Positions 27,966-37,299 are shown, numbered from the stretch's first letter. The stretch is 37,674 nucleotides of DNA from Candidatus Zixiibacteriota bacterium (GCA_016199865.1 JACQFV010000005.1:1-37674), one strand, 5' to 3'. Made by a program: numbers and translations. Notes: generated by a model not told the origin, from the letters alone.

Positions 27966-29078
27966 ATGGACGCCACCGCCGCGCCTCTGAAGGACACCCC
28001 GCTGGCCCAGCGGCACCTGTTGCTGGGCGCCCGATTGGTCCCGTTCGCCGGATTCCGCATGCCGATTCAGTACACGGGGATCATTCCCGAGCATCGCGCC
28101 GTGCGAAGCCAGGTCGGCATGTTCGATCTGTCGCACATGGGTGAAATCGAGGTCCGAGGTCAGGGGATGCTCGCATTCCTCGAGCGCATGACCACCAATG
28201 ACGTCACCGCCTTGAGCACCTACCAGGCACAGTATTCGCTCTTCCTGAATGAGCAAGGCGGCATCATCGACGATCTGGTCGTGTACCATCTTCCCAACCG
28301 GGCGCTTTTGGTTGTCAACGCCGCCAATATCGAAAAGGATTACGCCTGGCTGACGAGCCACTGCCCGCCAGGGGTGCGACTCGCCAATCGATCCGACGAA
28401 ACGGCCTTGATCGCCATTCAGGGTCCCCGAGCCGAAGCGGTGATGACCGATCTCGTCGATTGCGACCTGTCGGAGATCGAATACTACCATTCGGCCGAAG
28501 GGACCGTGGCGGGCCGGCAGATTCTCTTCTCCCGCACCGGTTACACCGGCGAGGATGGATTTGAAATTTACCTGCCCAATGAACTGGCGGAGCCGTGTTG
28601 GGACGCTGCCTTGGAAGCGGGGGCGCAATACGGCATCGTGCCGGTCGGTCTGGGCGCGCGCGACACCTTGCGTCTGGAAATGAAGTACGCGCTCTACGGC
28701 AATGAGATCGACGAGACGACCCATCCGATCGAAGCCGGGCTGGGCTGGGTGGTCAAACCGGACAAGCCCCACGATTTTATCGGCAAGTCGGCCGTGGTCG
28801 CGATGAAACAGAAAGGGGCTTCACGCAAACTGGTCGCCTTCGTCATGGATGCCAAAGCCATTCCGCGCGGCGGGTGCCCGATTCAGGCGCAGGGAGCCGT
28901 GATCGGCAAGGTGACCTCGGGGACCCATTCCCCCTCACGCGACTGTGGCATTGGGATGGGGTATGTCGCCACAGCGCACGCCGCACCCGGCAGTAAGATC
29001 GAGATTGTGATCCGTGATCAACAGGTATCCGCCACCGTCATCAAACCGCCATTTGTCACCAACACCAGCCATCGGTAA
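27966..29078 (+). CDS. gcvT: Glycine cleavage system aminomethyltransferase T
   Basis: FDLSHMGE, GGIIDDL, VVNAAN, SRTGYTGEDGFEI, GLGARDTLRLE, VTSGT.SP. Confidence 0.97.
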   Translation: MDATAAPLKDTPLAQRHLLLGARLVPFAGFRMPIQYTGIIPEHRAVRSQVGMFDLSHMGEIEVRGQGMLAFLERMTTNDVTALSTYQAQYSLFLNEQGGIIDDLVVYHLPNRALLVVNAANIEKDYAWLTSHCPPGVRLANRSDETALIAIQGPRAEAVMTDLVDCDLSEIEYYHSAEGTVAGRQILFSRTGYTGEDGFEIYLPNELAEPCWDAALEAGAQYGIVPVGLGARDTLRLEMKYALYGNEIDETTHPIEAGLGWVVKPDKPHDFIGKSAVVAMKQKGASRKLVAFVMDAKAIPRGGCPIQAQGAVIGKVTSGTHSPSRDCGIGMGYVATAHAAPGSKIEIVIRDQQVSATVIKPPFVTNTSHR

Positions 29079-29082
29079 ACCT

Positions 29083-29823
29083 ATGAATGTAGCGGTCAGT
29101 CTGACCCCCGGCACACGCTCCGCCGACCTTTCCTTGTTCGGCGAGGGCCCGGGCGCCTATGTGGTCATCGACATCCTGCGCGCCTCGACCGTCCTGTGCA
29201 CGGCCTTGGCCAACGGCGCGGCCGAGATCAGTCCCGTCGCCGACGTCGACGCGGCGCGTCGACTCAAAGCGAACGATCCGGCCCGGAAGATTCTCCTGTG
29301 CGGCGAACGCGGCGGGGCAAGAATCGAGGGATTCGATCTGGGGAATTCACCATCGGAGTACACGCCCAAGATCATCACCGGACGCCATCTTGCGTATGCG
29401 TCGACCAATGGCTCGGTGGCATTGGCACAGGCGCCCAAGAACGTCGAAGTCACCGTGGCGGGACTGGTGAATATCTCAGCCGCCGCCGAGCACATTGTCG
29501 AACGCAATCTGCCGGCGCTCATCGTCTGCGCCGGCAAGTTCGATCAATTCGCCCTGGAGGACGTGGTGGGAGCGGGCGCCTTGATCGCCCGGCTATGGGA
29601 ACTCGATCCCGATCTCGAGATTGCCAACGACGGCGCCTTCACGGCCCAGATTCTCTGGGACCATTTCAAGTCCGACCCGGTGCTCCCGCTGTGGCAGAGC
29701 GACCACGGGAAATATCTCATCAGTCAGGGATTCGGAGCCGATCTGGCGGTGTGTGCGGGGGTTGATTCTCTGTCGGTCGTTCCGGTCATGCGAGACGGTC
29801 GATTGATCGCCGCGGGAAATTAG
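29083..29823 (+). CDS. comB: 2-phosphosulfolactate phosphatase family protein
   Basis: VVIDILRAST, GERGG..IEGFDLGNSPSE, STNGS, LED..GAG. Start at ATG 29083, 4 nt after the gcvT stop. Confidence 0.9.
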   Translation: MNVAVSLTPGTRSADLSLFGEGPGAYVVIDILRASTVLCTALANGAAEISPVADVDAARRLKANDPARKILLCGERGGARIEGFDLGNSPSEYTPKIITGRHLAYASTNGSVALAQAPKNVEVTVAGLVNISAAAEHIVERNLPALIVCAGKFDQFALEDVVGAGALIARLWELDPDLEIANDGAFTAQILWDHFKSDPVLPLWQSDHGKYLISQGFGADLAVCAGVDSLSVVPVMRDGRLIAAGN

Positions 29824-29856
29824 CAACCCCGGCCGCCGTTTCATCTCAATGGAGTC

Positions 29857-29971
29857 GTGCGTGTTCACACGCACCGGCTTTTTCCGTAGCGAGAAAGAGG
29901 TGCGTGCAGAGCACGCACCCAGATGTTTAGATCCAGAGGGTGCCACGCACAAACAAGTTTGTGCGTGGCAC
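29857..29971. repeat. Cluster of three GTGCGTG/CACGCAC palindromes between convergent genes
   Basis: GTGCGTG-TTCA-CACGCAC (29857-29874), GGTGCGTGC-AGA-GCACGCACC (29899-29919), and 15-bp arms GTGCCACGCACAAAC-AA-GTTTGTGCGTGGCAC (29940-29971). Confidence 0.7.
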
Positions 29972-29989
29972 TCAAGACCCATCGATTCA

Positions 29990-32611
29990 TTACAAGGGCT
30001 TCAAGGTCAGCAGATAATCCCGCAGCGCTTCGATCTGTTCATCCGCGTCCTCATACATCTTCTGCCCCTCGGAATAGAAGAAGGACGGCATGTTGGTGCC
30101 GGGGTCGACCTTCTGCGGATCGGTGAGCCATTGGACGATCCAATCCGGCCGCAGGCGCTCGTGCGCCATCGCCAGATTGGGCGCCAGACTGGCGGCGCCG
30201 CGTTGGGGCATCGATTCGGCCGAGAGTACGTGGCAGGATTGGCACTTGAGCGTTTCAAAATTATCCCGTCCCTTGTGCACCGACTTGGGGTCCAGTTCGT
30301 CGGTGCGGACAAAGAGGAAGGGGGCATTCACGTCCGAGTTGGCCATGAAGTACTGGCTGATCATGGTGATTTCCGGTCCGGTCAGTCCGAAGGTCGGCAT
30401 GCGGACTTTCACCCAGGGGCGGATCGGTGACGGATTCTTCAGGAAGGCAAAGAGCCAATCCGACTGCACCTTCGCGCCTTCCCCATTGAGAACCGGGGGC
30501 TGGAAGCCGCGGTCGGCGATATAGGCGCGAATATCGCCCCCTTTGGACTCGATTTCGTGACAGCCGGTGCAATTATAGTATTCGACCAACTTGCGCCCGG
30601 CTTCCTGCCGTGACAGTTTGTCGGTCAGGGGCTCGCGATATTGCTCAAAGACCCTCCGGGCGTCGAATGAACGCAGCAGCATCGCCATCCGGTGCGCGTC
30701 CTCGTCGCTCATGGCGAAGTCGGGCATACGCTGAATAACCTGCTTGGTTTCGTAGCGGCGCGAGTTGGTCATCTTCCCCAACGCCCATCCCTCCCACGTC
30801 TGGGGAATGTCGGTGGCGTCGCCGAAGAACAATTCGCTCACGTCCTTGGCGCCGAAGGCCGTGAGCGACACGGAGACTTTGTTTTCATTCTCCATGCCGG
30901 GGATCTGATGGCAGCCGAAGCAGCCATAGGTCCGCACCCAGTATTCACCCTGCTTGACCAGATAATCAGGCGAACGATCGACCGCAGGTTGCGCCACCGG
31001 CTGATAGGAATCCTCGCGCAACGTCAGGAGATAGGCCACAATGTCGGCCGCCTCCTGATCGGTCAGACGCAGCGACGGCATGCGGGTGTCGGGGTTATAC
31101 GCTCGCGGGTTCTTCAGCCAGCCGAACAGCCAATCCGCGGACATCTTGCTCCCGATGCGTGACAAATTCGGGCCATGGTTGATCTCGGCGGCCTGTTCGG
31201 GGTGAACGGCGCCCGATCCCAGGCCGTCGATTTGATGGCAGCCCAGGCAACCGACGCTCTTGACCAATCCGGCGCCGTTGGCCGGGTCACCGGCGGGGTG
31301 GCTCTTGGGCCAGTCAGGCCCTGGCTTGTCTGCAGACACCGATCGCAGGTAGGAGACAATCGAGACCGCCTCAGAATCGGGGAGACGGAAATTCGGCATG
31401 CGCGTGTCGGGACGGAAATTCCGCGGATTCTTGATCCAGTCGTACATCCACGACGCCGTCACTTTGGTGGCAATCTTGTCCAGACGTGGCGCCACTTTGG
31501 GCAGATCGTTGTATCCCTCGATCTCATGGCAGCCGAAGCACCCCCAGCGCCGCAATTTCTTCTGCGCCGCCATCAGTTCCTCGGCATGGTCGAGACGCAC
31601 GCGGTTCGCATGGCATTTCTGACACCCGCCCTCGACCATGTCGTGCGCCAGCATCGGATGCTCCCAGAATTTCCGGGGCCGGTGGGCATCCTCGACCGTC
31701 AGGGCCGGTCCCTGTCCGTCGTGGCAGGGTGTGCAACCGAACTGATCAGGGGGATGCTTCTTGAAGTAGTCGTCGCGGCGCGGATGCGTGGTGTAGGGCT
31801 GCGGCGCGTCGGCGAATTCCGGCTTATTGATCCCCAAATGGCAACTCTGGCAGCGGTCAACCCGGATAATGGGATTGCGAAACTCATCCTCTTCGTAATC
31901 GGAGAGAACAACCTGACGGACTTTGATCGTCCGCTTGCGGATCGCCGCCAGCCGCTCGTTGAGCCGTGTAATCTCTTGTGTCTTTCCCTGCAACAGGCCG
32001 GCGAGTGAATCGACCGGCCCCTCCAAGGCCTCGATCCGGTGCCGCACCGAATCACGCCCGGCCGCCATCATCCTGATGATCGGCAGGAGGGAATCCATCT
32101 GACCCTTGAGACGGTCCGTCGCGGTGGTCAGGTCAGCGATGTCAAGGCCGGCGTGCTTCGCTTCCGTGAGACGGTAAAATTTCTCATCGTAGATGCTCTT
32201 GGTGAACTGATACGTCCGGTTCACCTTGAACAGGGCCAACTCCCGATCCGACAATTCGCTCTGCGCGGCATGGTAGTCCGCGTTGCCGGCCAGGTCGTGT
32301 CGGGCTGCCGCCACTTCCTGTGTCAGCCCCGCCCGGGTCTGGCTCGGATCCAATGTCTTCTCAGTCTCCTCCAGCGCCGTCACCAGGGAATCGCGCCGGG
32401 CCGCGACCATCTGATATTCATATTGGTTGAAGCCCCGCTGCGCATCCTTCCAGTCGTGGCGGCGGACGATCACCTCATCGGCGACGGCCCACAGGGTGCC
32501 CAGGGCCAACAGCAGCGAACAGACAAAAAACACCACCCCATACGGCCGCTTCTCGACCGGAATGTCCATGCGCCGGGGCGACGGAAAGGCGGCGGAGTCG
32601 TGATCGGGCAT
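29990..32611 (-). CDS. Membrane-anchored octaheme cytochrome c of a Rieske/cytochrome b complex
   Basis: N-terminal TM segment, coiled-coil-like region, and eight CxxCH motifs (CQSCH, CTPCH, CQKCH, CFGCH, CLGCH, CFGCH, CTGCH, CQSCH). Repeated W...P....P.T.MP segments indicate His/Met hemes. Confidence 0.92.
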   Translation of the reverse strand: MPDHDSAAFPSPRRMDIPVEKRPYGVVFFVCSLLLALGTLWAVADEVIVRRHDWKDAQRGFNQYEYQMVAARRDSLVTALEETEKTLDPSQTRAGLTQEVAAARHDLAGNADYHAAQSELSDRELALFKVNRTYQFTKSIYDEKFYRLTEAKHAGLDIADLTTATDRLKGQMDSLLPIIRMMAAGRDSVRHRIEALEGPVDSLAGLLQGKTQEITRLNERLAAIRKRTIKVRQVVLSDYEEDEFRNPIIRVDRCQSCHLGINKPEFADAPQPYTTHPRRDDYFKKHPPDQFGCTPCHDGQGPALTVEDAHRPRKFWEHPMLAHDMVEGGCQKCHANRVRLDHAEELMAAQKKLRRWGCFGCHEIEGYNDLPKVAPRLDKIATKVTASWMYDWIKNPRNFRPDTRMPNFRLPDSEAVSIVSYLRSVSADKPGPDWPKSHPAGDPANGAGLVKSVGCLGCHQIDGLGSGAVHPEQAAEINHGPNLSRIGSKMSADWLFGWLKNPRAYNPDTRMPSLRLTDQEAADIVAYLLTLREDSYQPVAQPAVDRSPDYLVKQGEYWVRTYGCFGCHQIPGMENENKVSVSLTAFGAKDVSELFFGDATDIPQTWEGWALGKMTNSRRYETKQVIQRMPDFAMSDEDAHRMAMLLRSFDARRVFEQYREPLTDKLSRQEAGRKLVEYYNCTGCHEIESKGGDIRAYIADRGFQPPVLNGEGAKVQSDWLFAFLKNPSPIRPWVKVRMPTFGLTGPEITMISQYFMANSDVNAPFLFVRTDELDPKSVHKGRDNFETLKCQSCHVLSAESMPQRGAASLAPNLAMAHERLRPDWIVQWLTDPQKVDPGTNMPSFFYSEGQKMYEDADEQIEALRDYLLTLKPL

Positions 32612-32624
32612 GGAACTGGTGAAG

Positions 32625-33494
32625 CTACACGTTGAACCAGGGGGTGACCCAGACGTACTTGATGTTCAGTGTCCAGCGCAGGATCATCTTGATCGGCAGC
32701 GCCATCATCGTCAAGAACAAGAAGGAGACGATGGCATAGCGCACCAGACCCATCTTCTGCAGGGTCGGAATCGTTTTTTTCTTCCAGAAATAGAACAGTG
32801 GAACAAGGGAGTAATACCCTCCCACGACGATCATGCCGAAGAAGGCCGCGATCAGTTTCGAATGGATGCCGAACATCTCATGCAGGTTCACGTTCGTCAG
32901 CGCCACGACCTTGTGCGGATCCCAAGTCACCCACGGCCAGAAAAAGTACCACCCCGGACCGCGCAAGAACGTGCCGACGAAAATCAGCGACACCCACAGG
33001 ATGGTGAAGCCAAACAGGTAGGTCGAAATGGCGAACTTGCGCTGCTTGAACGAATAATAGCCGCTGCCGGTCGGGTTGGTGTCAATGTAGGGGATCAACA
33101 TCAGCCCGACGATGATCAAGCTGGGCAAGACGACTCCGGCAATCCAGGGATCGAAATACACCAGCATCTCCTGCAACCCGAGGAAATACCAGGGGGCCTT
33201 CGAGGGATTGGGCGTGCGATTCGGATTCGCCGGTTCCTCGAGCGGAGCGTTGATGAAAATCGACCAGATGGTGAAAATCACCATGATCGCGATGGCGCCC
33301 AGAAACTCGATCCGCACCAGATACGGCCAGACGTGCACTTTGTCCGGCACGGGGAGTTTGGCGGTTTCGGCAATGCTCTTGTCGTTGGCGAAGGCCTGAC
33401 GCAATGCCCACGCAACATAGAACGCCACCAGGAACAACATGATGACGATGGGGATATTGTCCCCCTTGCTGACGATGGCCCAGAGTTGATGCAT
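32625..33494 (-). CDS. Cytochrome b C-terminal half (subunit IV/PetD-like) with extra TM helices
   Basis: WPYL, APLEEPANP..TPNPSKAPWYFLGLQEML (APWY in place of PEWY), IPYID. Confidence 0.88.
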   Translation of the reverse strand: MHQLWAIVSKGDNIPIVIMLFLVAFYVAWALRQAFANDKSIAETAKLPVPDKVHVWPYLVRIEFLGAIAIMVIFTIWSIFINAPLEEPANPNRTPNPSKAPWYFLGLQEMLVYFDPWIAGVVLPSLIIVGLMLIPYIDTNPTGSGYYSFKQRKFAISTYLFGFTILWVSLIFVGTFLRGPGWYFFWPWVTWDPHKVVALTNVNLHEMFGIHSKLIAAFFGMIVVGGYYSLVPLFYFWKKKTIPTLQKMGLVRYAIVSFLFLTMMALPIKMILRWTLNIKYVWVTPWFNV

Positions 33495-33585
33495 GAGCTA
33501 AGACCCGACACCGAATGTCAAGATGCCGCTTCTTGAAAGATGAAGAGGACAAACCCCGTATTGAGATTGCTTGAGCTCACTGACG

Positions 33586-33684
33586 CCCTCACCTCGCAGA
33601 TCCCGGCAGCGGGGCCAGCCCTCTCCCTGAAAGGGAGAGGGGGATTTTTCCCCTCTCCCCTCTGGGGAGAGGGTAGGGTGAGGG
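33586..33684. repeat. CCCTCACC/CCCTCTCCC-type palindromic doublet inside the cytochrome bc operon
   Basis: CCCTCACC (33586-33593) and GGTGAGGG (33677-33684) enclose two 10-bp stems: CCCTCTCCCT-GAA-AGGGAGAGGG (33619-33641) and CCCTCTCCCC-TCT-GGGGAGAGGG (33651-33673). Confidence 0.8.
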
Positions 33685-33749
33685 GAGTGAATCGTCCAGG
33701 ACATGGTCATGCTGTATTGCTCTTCAATGCATGGATCCGTGATCATTGG

Positions 33750-34526
33750 CTACAGCTTCCCCGTCGGTCCGGAAATTCCCCCGTCTTTACGGATACGCCA
33801 GAAGTGCACAATCATGAGCAGGCCGGCCGCGACCGGCAGAAAGACACAGTGCAGGACGTAGAACCGCAACAGGGCCGGTGGCCCGACCTGGGTTCCCCCC
33901 AACAGCAGGAAGCGGATGTCATTGTCGGGACGCATGCCGATCTGCGGCCCCAAGGGACCCTCATGACCCAGAAGGGGCGTGGCGCGCGCCATGTTCGTCC
34001 CGACCGTGACCGCCCACATGGCCAACTGGTCCCAGGGGAGCATATAGCCGGTGAAACTCAAGAGCAGGGTCAGAACCAAGAGAATCACGCCGATGACCCA
34101 GTTGAACTCACGCGGCGGCTTGTAGGAGCCGGTCATGAACACGCGCAGCATGTGCAGCCACACGGTGATCACCATCGCGTGCGCCGACCAGCGGTGCATG
34201 TTGCGGATGAACGCCCCAAACGGCACGTCGTTCATCAGATATTTCATGTCATAGTAGGCGTACTGGTCGGTGGGCCGGTAGTAGAACATCAGCACGACGC
34301 CGGTGACGGTCAGGACGAGAAAGATGAAGAACGAAATGCCCCCCATCCCCCAGGTGTAGCGCAGCTCGACCGCATGACGCGAGACCTTGGTCGGGTGCAG
34401 GTGCAGCCAGACGTTGGAGAGAACCTGCAGGTACCGGTTGCGCGGCGTATCCTTGTAGTCATGCCGGAAGACCGACTTCCAGATCGGCGATTTGGTGACC
34501 GTTTTTTTCAGATCGGCGATGGGCAT
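33750..34526 (-). CDS. Cytochrome b N-terminal half (cytochrome b6/PetB-like)
   Basis: [53 protein letters not shown]14-H (b6-type His spacing). Confidence 0.93.
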   Translation of the reverse strand: MPIADLKKTVTKSPIWKSVFRHDYKDTPRNRYLQVLSNVWLHLHPTKVSRHAVELRYTWGMGGISFFIFLVLTVTGVVLMFYYRPTDQYAYYDMKYLMNDVPFGAFIRNMHRWSAHAMVITVWLHMLRVFMTGSYKPPREFNWVIGVILLVLTLLLSFTGYMLPWDQLAMWAVTVGTNMARATPLLGHEGPLGPQIGMRPDNDIRFLLLGGTQVGPPALLRFYVLHCVFLPVAAGLLMIVHFWRIRKDGGISGPTGKL

Positions 34527-34563
34527 GTCGGGTTAGTCCGTATCTGGAACTCTGTGCGCCGGC

Positions 34564-35277
34564 TCACACTTTGAGGTACGACTGGGGATTGTCCCAGCCG
34601 CCGCTCTCATACAGAAACTTGATCGACTTGTCGACGATGATCTGGCGATCCTCGGCCAGCGCGACTTTCAATCGCTCCAAGGCCCGCGGCGCCGGGCCCT
34701 CGAAGTTGATCCCGCTGCGGTAAAACCCGGAGCCGTGGCAGGGGCATTTGAATTTGTCTTCCTTTTCCAGCCAGCGCGGTGTGCATCCCAGATGGGTGCA
34801 GATGCCGGACAAAGCGTAGATGCGCCCCTCATCGCGAATGATCCAGACGCGAAAGTCGCGCATCCATTTGGTCGACACGGTACCCGGCAGATACTCCTCG
34901 GGGAATCCGGCTTTGAAGATCGGCGACGGCTCGAACAGAACACGGGGGAACATGAACCGGAGTGTCCCAACCAGCATGACCCCCAAGAACGAGAAGATCG
35001 ACAGCCATCCCAGTTTTTCCAGAAATCCCCGCCGCGAGTACCGCCAGATATTTTGGTCGCCTTCGGCTTCGGTCGTGCGCCGCAGGCCATCGTCCTTCTT
35101 TTCCGGCTTGGGCGGGACATCCTTGATCGCCACATTGGCGCCGCGCTCCCGTGCCGGAGCGGCCTTGACCGCGGGACCGACCGGTCCGTCGGCCGCCTTC
35201 GGCTTGGGCGCCGGTTTGGCAGGCGTGCCCTCGGGCTCCGGGGAGCCGGCGATGTTGTCGGGAGTTTCGTCCGCCAT
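34564..35277 (-). CDS. Rieske 2Fe-2S subunit
   Basis: Tat motif SRRGFL plus TM segment, CTHLGC and CPCHGSGFY, GPAPRAL. Long Pro/Ala/Lys-rich N-terminal extension. Confidence 0.95.
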   Translation of the reverse strand: MADETPDNIAGSPEPEGTPAKPAPKPKAADGPVGPAVKAAPARERGANVAIKDVPPKPEKKDDGLRRTTEAEGDQNIWRYSRRGFLEKLGWLSIFSFLGVMLVGTLRFMFPRVLFEPSPIFKAGFPEEYLPGTVSTKWMRDFRVWIIRDEGRIYALSGICTHLGCTPRWLEKEDKFKCPCHGSGFYRSGINFEGPAPRALERLKVALAEDRQIIVDKSIKFLYESGGWDNPQSYLKV

Positions 35278-35401
35278 TCTGCCTTATCGCGCCGATCTCA
35301 CGGAGTCCTTCGCCTGTCCCCTACTCCCGGATTCTCGCGAGTACGACTTATCGCAAATCCGGACCAATTTGCGGCCTTATTGCCGACCGCAAGAACTTTC
35401 G

Positions 35402-35430
35402 ATCATACCCCGACCGGCCGAGGTTGTCAA
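35402..35430 (-). promoter_or_regulatory. Sigma70-type promoter of the Rieske/cyt b/cyt c operon
   Basis: Minus strand TTGACA (35430-35425), 17-bp spacer, TATGAT (35407-35402). Confidence 0.75.
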
Positions 35431-35619
35431 GCCGATTCCCGGAACAGGGGCGCTGAAGAATGCCGACCCCGAGTTGTTTGCGAACCCGATGGCATCCTGG
35501 CGTTTGGGCTGGCTGTAAGGTGCCGGAAATGGTATCATGGGGGTTCTTCCGGTGGCGTGACCCTGTCCGCAAGAGATAGGGCGCGTGATCGGCGCCGCGT
35601 CTCAGTGGCGACGCAAAAG

Positions 35620-35707
35620 GGAGAGGTGGCCGAGTCGGCTTAAGGCAGCTGCCTGCTAAGCAGTTAGTGGGGAAACCCGCTCCCGGGTTCGAATCCCGGC
35701 CTCTCCG
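35620..35707 (+). tRNA. tRNA-Ser(GCT), CCA not encoded
   Basis: Acceptor GGAGAGG/CCTCTCC plus G discriminator. Anticodon arm GCTGC-CTGCTAA-GCAGT. Long variable arm AGTGGG-GAAA-CCCGCT. T arm CCGGG-TTCGAAT-CCCGG. Confidence 0.97.
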
Positions 35708-36083
35708 TTTTTCCTGAGCGAATTTCGGCGGAGCCGAAATGAGTCGAAGGGTTACCCGATGACCAACGGACGCAAACCTTGGTTCGTTTATCTCGTTCGC
35801 TGTCGAGATGGCTCGATCTATGCAGGAATCACCGACGACATCAACGCGCGGATTAAGAAACACAACAGCGGCAAGGGCGCCACGTATACCGCTCAACGCC
35901 GTCCGGTGACGCTCCTGTTTTCCGAACCTCATCCCGATCAGAGTAGTGCTCGCCGTCGGGAGATTCAATTGAAGGGCTGGACAAGGGAAAAGAAGGAACA
36001 ACTCATTGCGGGTTTCCCTCGACCTCACTCGGGATGAATCCCTCGGAGGAGTTCGGGATAGACGAATCACGGTCTCTCCACCA
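35693..36083 (+). mobile_element. Unit 1: tRNA 3' end / structured repeat / GIY-YIG gene / inverted repeat / degenerate tRNA 3' end with CCA
   Basis: Left repeat at 35712-35751. Right inverted repeats TCCCTCG-N7-TCGGGAT twice (36015-36035, 36039-36059). CGAATCACGGTCTCTCC-ACCA (36063-36083) matches tRNA 35690-35706 at 15/17. Confidence 0.65.
35759..36037 (+). CDS. Stand-alone GIY-YIG nuclease (UPF0213/YhbQ-like), copy 1
   Basis: WFVYLVRCRDGSIYAGIT...R...HNSGKGATYT..RRPV.L...E.......A..RE.QLK. Confidence 0.93.
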   Translation: MTNGRKPWFVYLVRCRDGSIYAGITDDINARIKKHNSGKGATYTAQRRPVTLLFSEPHPDQSSARRREIQLKGWTREKKEQLIAGFPRPHSG

Positions 36084-36180
36084 TAAGAAAATGGCACACC
36101 AGCACCCGGCCCTACCGGACGTGTTGTATTGGTTGAGTGAAGAGAGGGTCTGCACCCAAAGTGGAATCTGAAGACTTCAG

Positions 36181-36558
36181 ATGAAGAAACCGATCAGCGT
36201 CGACGCGTACATCGCCGCGGCACCCAGGGAAGTGCGGGGAAGACTGAATCAGGTTCGCTCAGCAATCAGGAAAGCAGCCCCCAAAGCGATGGAAAGAATA
36301 AGCTACGGGATGCCTTTCTACGAGTACGGGGGTTCGGGCTACAAGGGTCGATTGATTTACTTTGCCGCGTTCAAAGAACACATCGGCGTGTTCATACCAC
36401 CGTCGCAGGGGGCGGTACCGCGTGAAATGGAGATGTATCGAACCGCCAAGTCTTCATTTCGTTTCCCGCTGAAAGAGCCGATCCCGCTGGGAGTGATCAG
36501 CAGAACGGTGAAGCAACTGGTAAGGCAAAGAGTCGCGGCAAACAGAATGAAGTCATGA
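36181..36558 (+). CDS. DUF1801 (YdhG-like) protein
   Basis: VDAYIAAAP...R..L..VR.AIRKAAP.A.ERISYGMPFY...LIYFAAFKEHIG...FRFPL.EPIP. Confidence 0.85.
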   Translation: MKKPISVDAYIAAAPREVRGRLNQVRSAIRKAAPKAMERISYGMPFYEYGGSGYKGRLIYFAAFKEHIGVFIPPSQGAVPREMEMYRTAKSSFRFPLKEPIPLGVISRTVKQLVRQRVAANRMKS

Positions 36559-36616
36559 TCGTGTTGCGGACAAGTTAAGGGTCTTGGAAGCACGTTTCAG
36601 ATCTGGATAACGACCT

Positions 36617-37114
36617 GTGAAGAGCAGAACAATACTGATCGCCATGGCGGTCGCGGCTTTCGAGGTAGCAGGGCTTTTTCTCTTCGGACGACCAGGCGGC
36701 CGTCCTGAGCGTCTACCGAAGGGTACTCCAGCCGAATTCAATCTCATCTTCAAGTATGACGGAAGCGTGCTGAATACCTTTGAGCATACCTATACCAAGG
36801 ACATGGTGGGTGATCCCTCCATCACGATCAGGTTTGAACTTTCGCAGAGCGAACTGGCCCAAGTCTATCAGAAAATATATGACTTGGATCCATACGATGT
36901 CGGCCAACGGACGAGTGGGAATGGCGCGAGAATCCCCTGCTCGTACTTCTTCCTGAGAGTTCAGGTTGATTCAACCACGAAAGAAATGTCGTGGAGTGAT
37001 TGCCGGGGATTGGTGAACGACACACTGCAGCAGTTGACCGAGTACATCATCTCAGTAATTGAGTCAAAAGAAGACTACAAGAGACTGCCGGCGCCAAGAT
37101 TCTTTCGCTATTGA
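36617..37114 (+). CDS. Hypothetical protein with N-terminal hydrophobic anchor/signal
   Basis: 165-aa ORF with a hydrophobic N-terminus, two Cys residues and natural composition. Family not recognised. Confidence 0.7.
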   Translation: MKSRTILIAMAVAAFEVAGLFLFGRPGGRPERLPKGTPAEFNLIFKYDGSVLNTFEHTYTKDMVGDPSITIRFELSQSELAQVYQKIYDLDPYDVGQRTSGNGARIPCSYFFLRVQVDSTTKEMSWSDCRGLVNDTLQQLTEYIISVIESKEDYKRLPAPRFFRY

Positions 37115-37282
37115 TGATACCCGGAGGGATTTCCTGCCAAAGAGAAACTCAACATCGCCGATTCTGCTCTGGTTCCCGCGCATCTTTCGTGTGGACAAGA
37201 CGAGGCCACTCAATTGTCAACGGAAATGCAACGCCATGAAAATGGTTCCCGGGCTTACGCTGATGGCGGCGGCAATCGAGGC

Positions 37283-37299
37283 ATCCCGGCCTCTCCGTT
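37283..37299 (+). repeat. Exact 17-bp direct repeat of the tRNA-Ser 3' end (att-like)
   Basis: ATCCCGGCCTCTCCGTT, identical to 35693-35709, 1590 bp apart. Confidence 0.92.

Noticed and set aside
33498-33746. 82-aa ORF in the same frame as both cytochrome b halves, bounded by two TAG stops, suggesting amber read-through into a fused cytochrome b
   Set aside because: Much of the peptide is translated palindromic repeat (SPHPTLSPEGRG...). TAG is an ordinary stop elsewhere in the window (comB, CoA-transferase, SGNH). Frame coincidence is plausible by chance.
32610-35643. Long plus-strand ORFs (308, 344 and 302 aa) opposite the bc-complex genes
   Set aside because: Antisense shadows of well-supported minus-strand genes.
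35348-36097. 249-aa minus-strand ORF
   Set aside because: Runs antisense across the tRNA and GIY-YIG 1, with no protein motifs.
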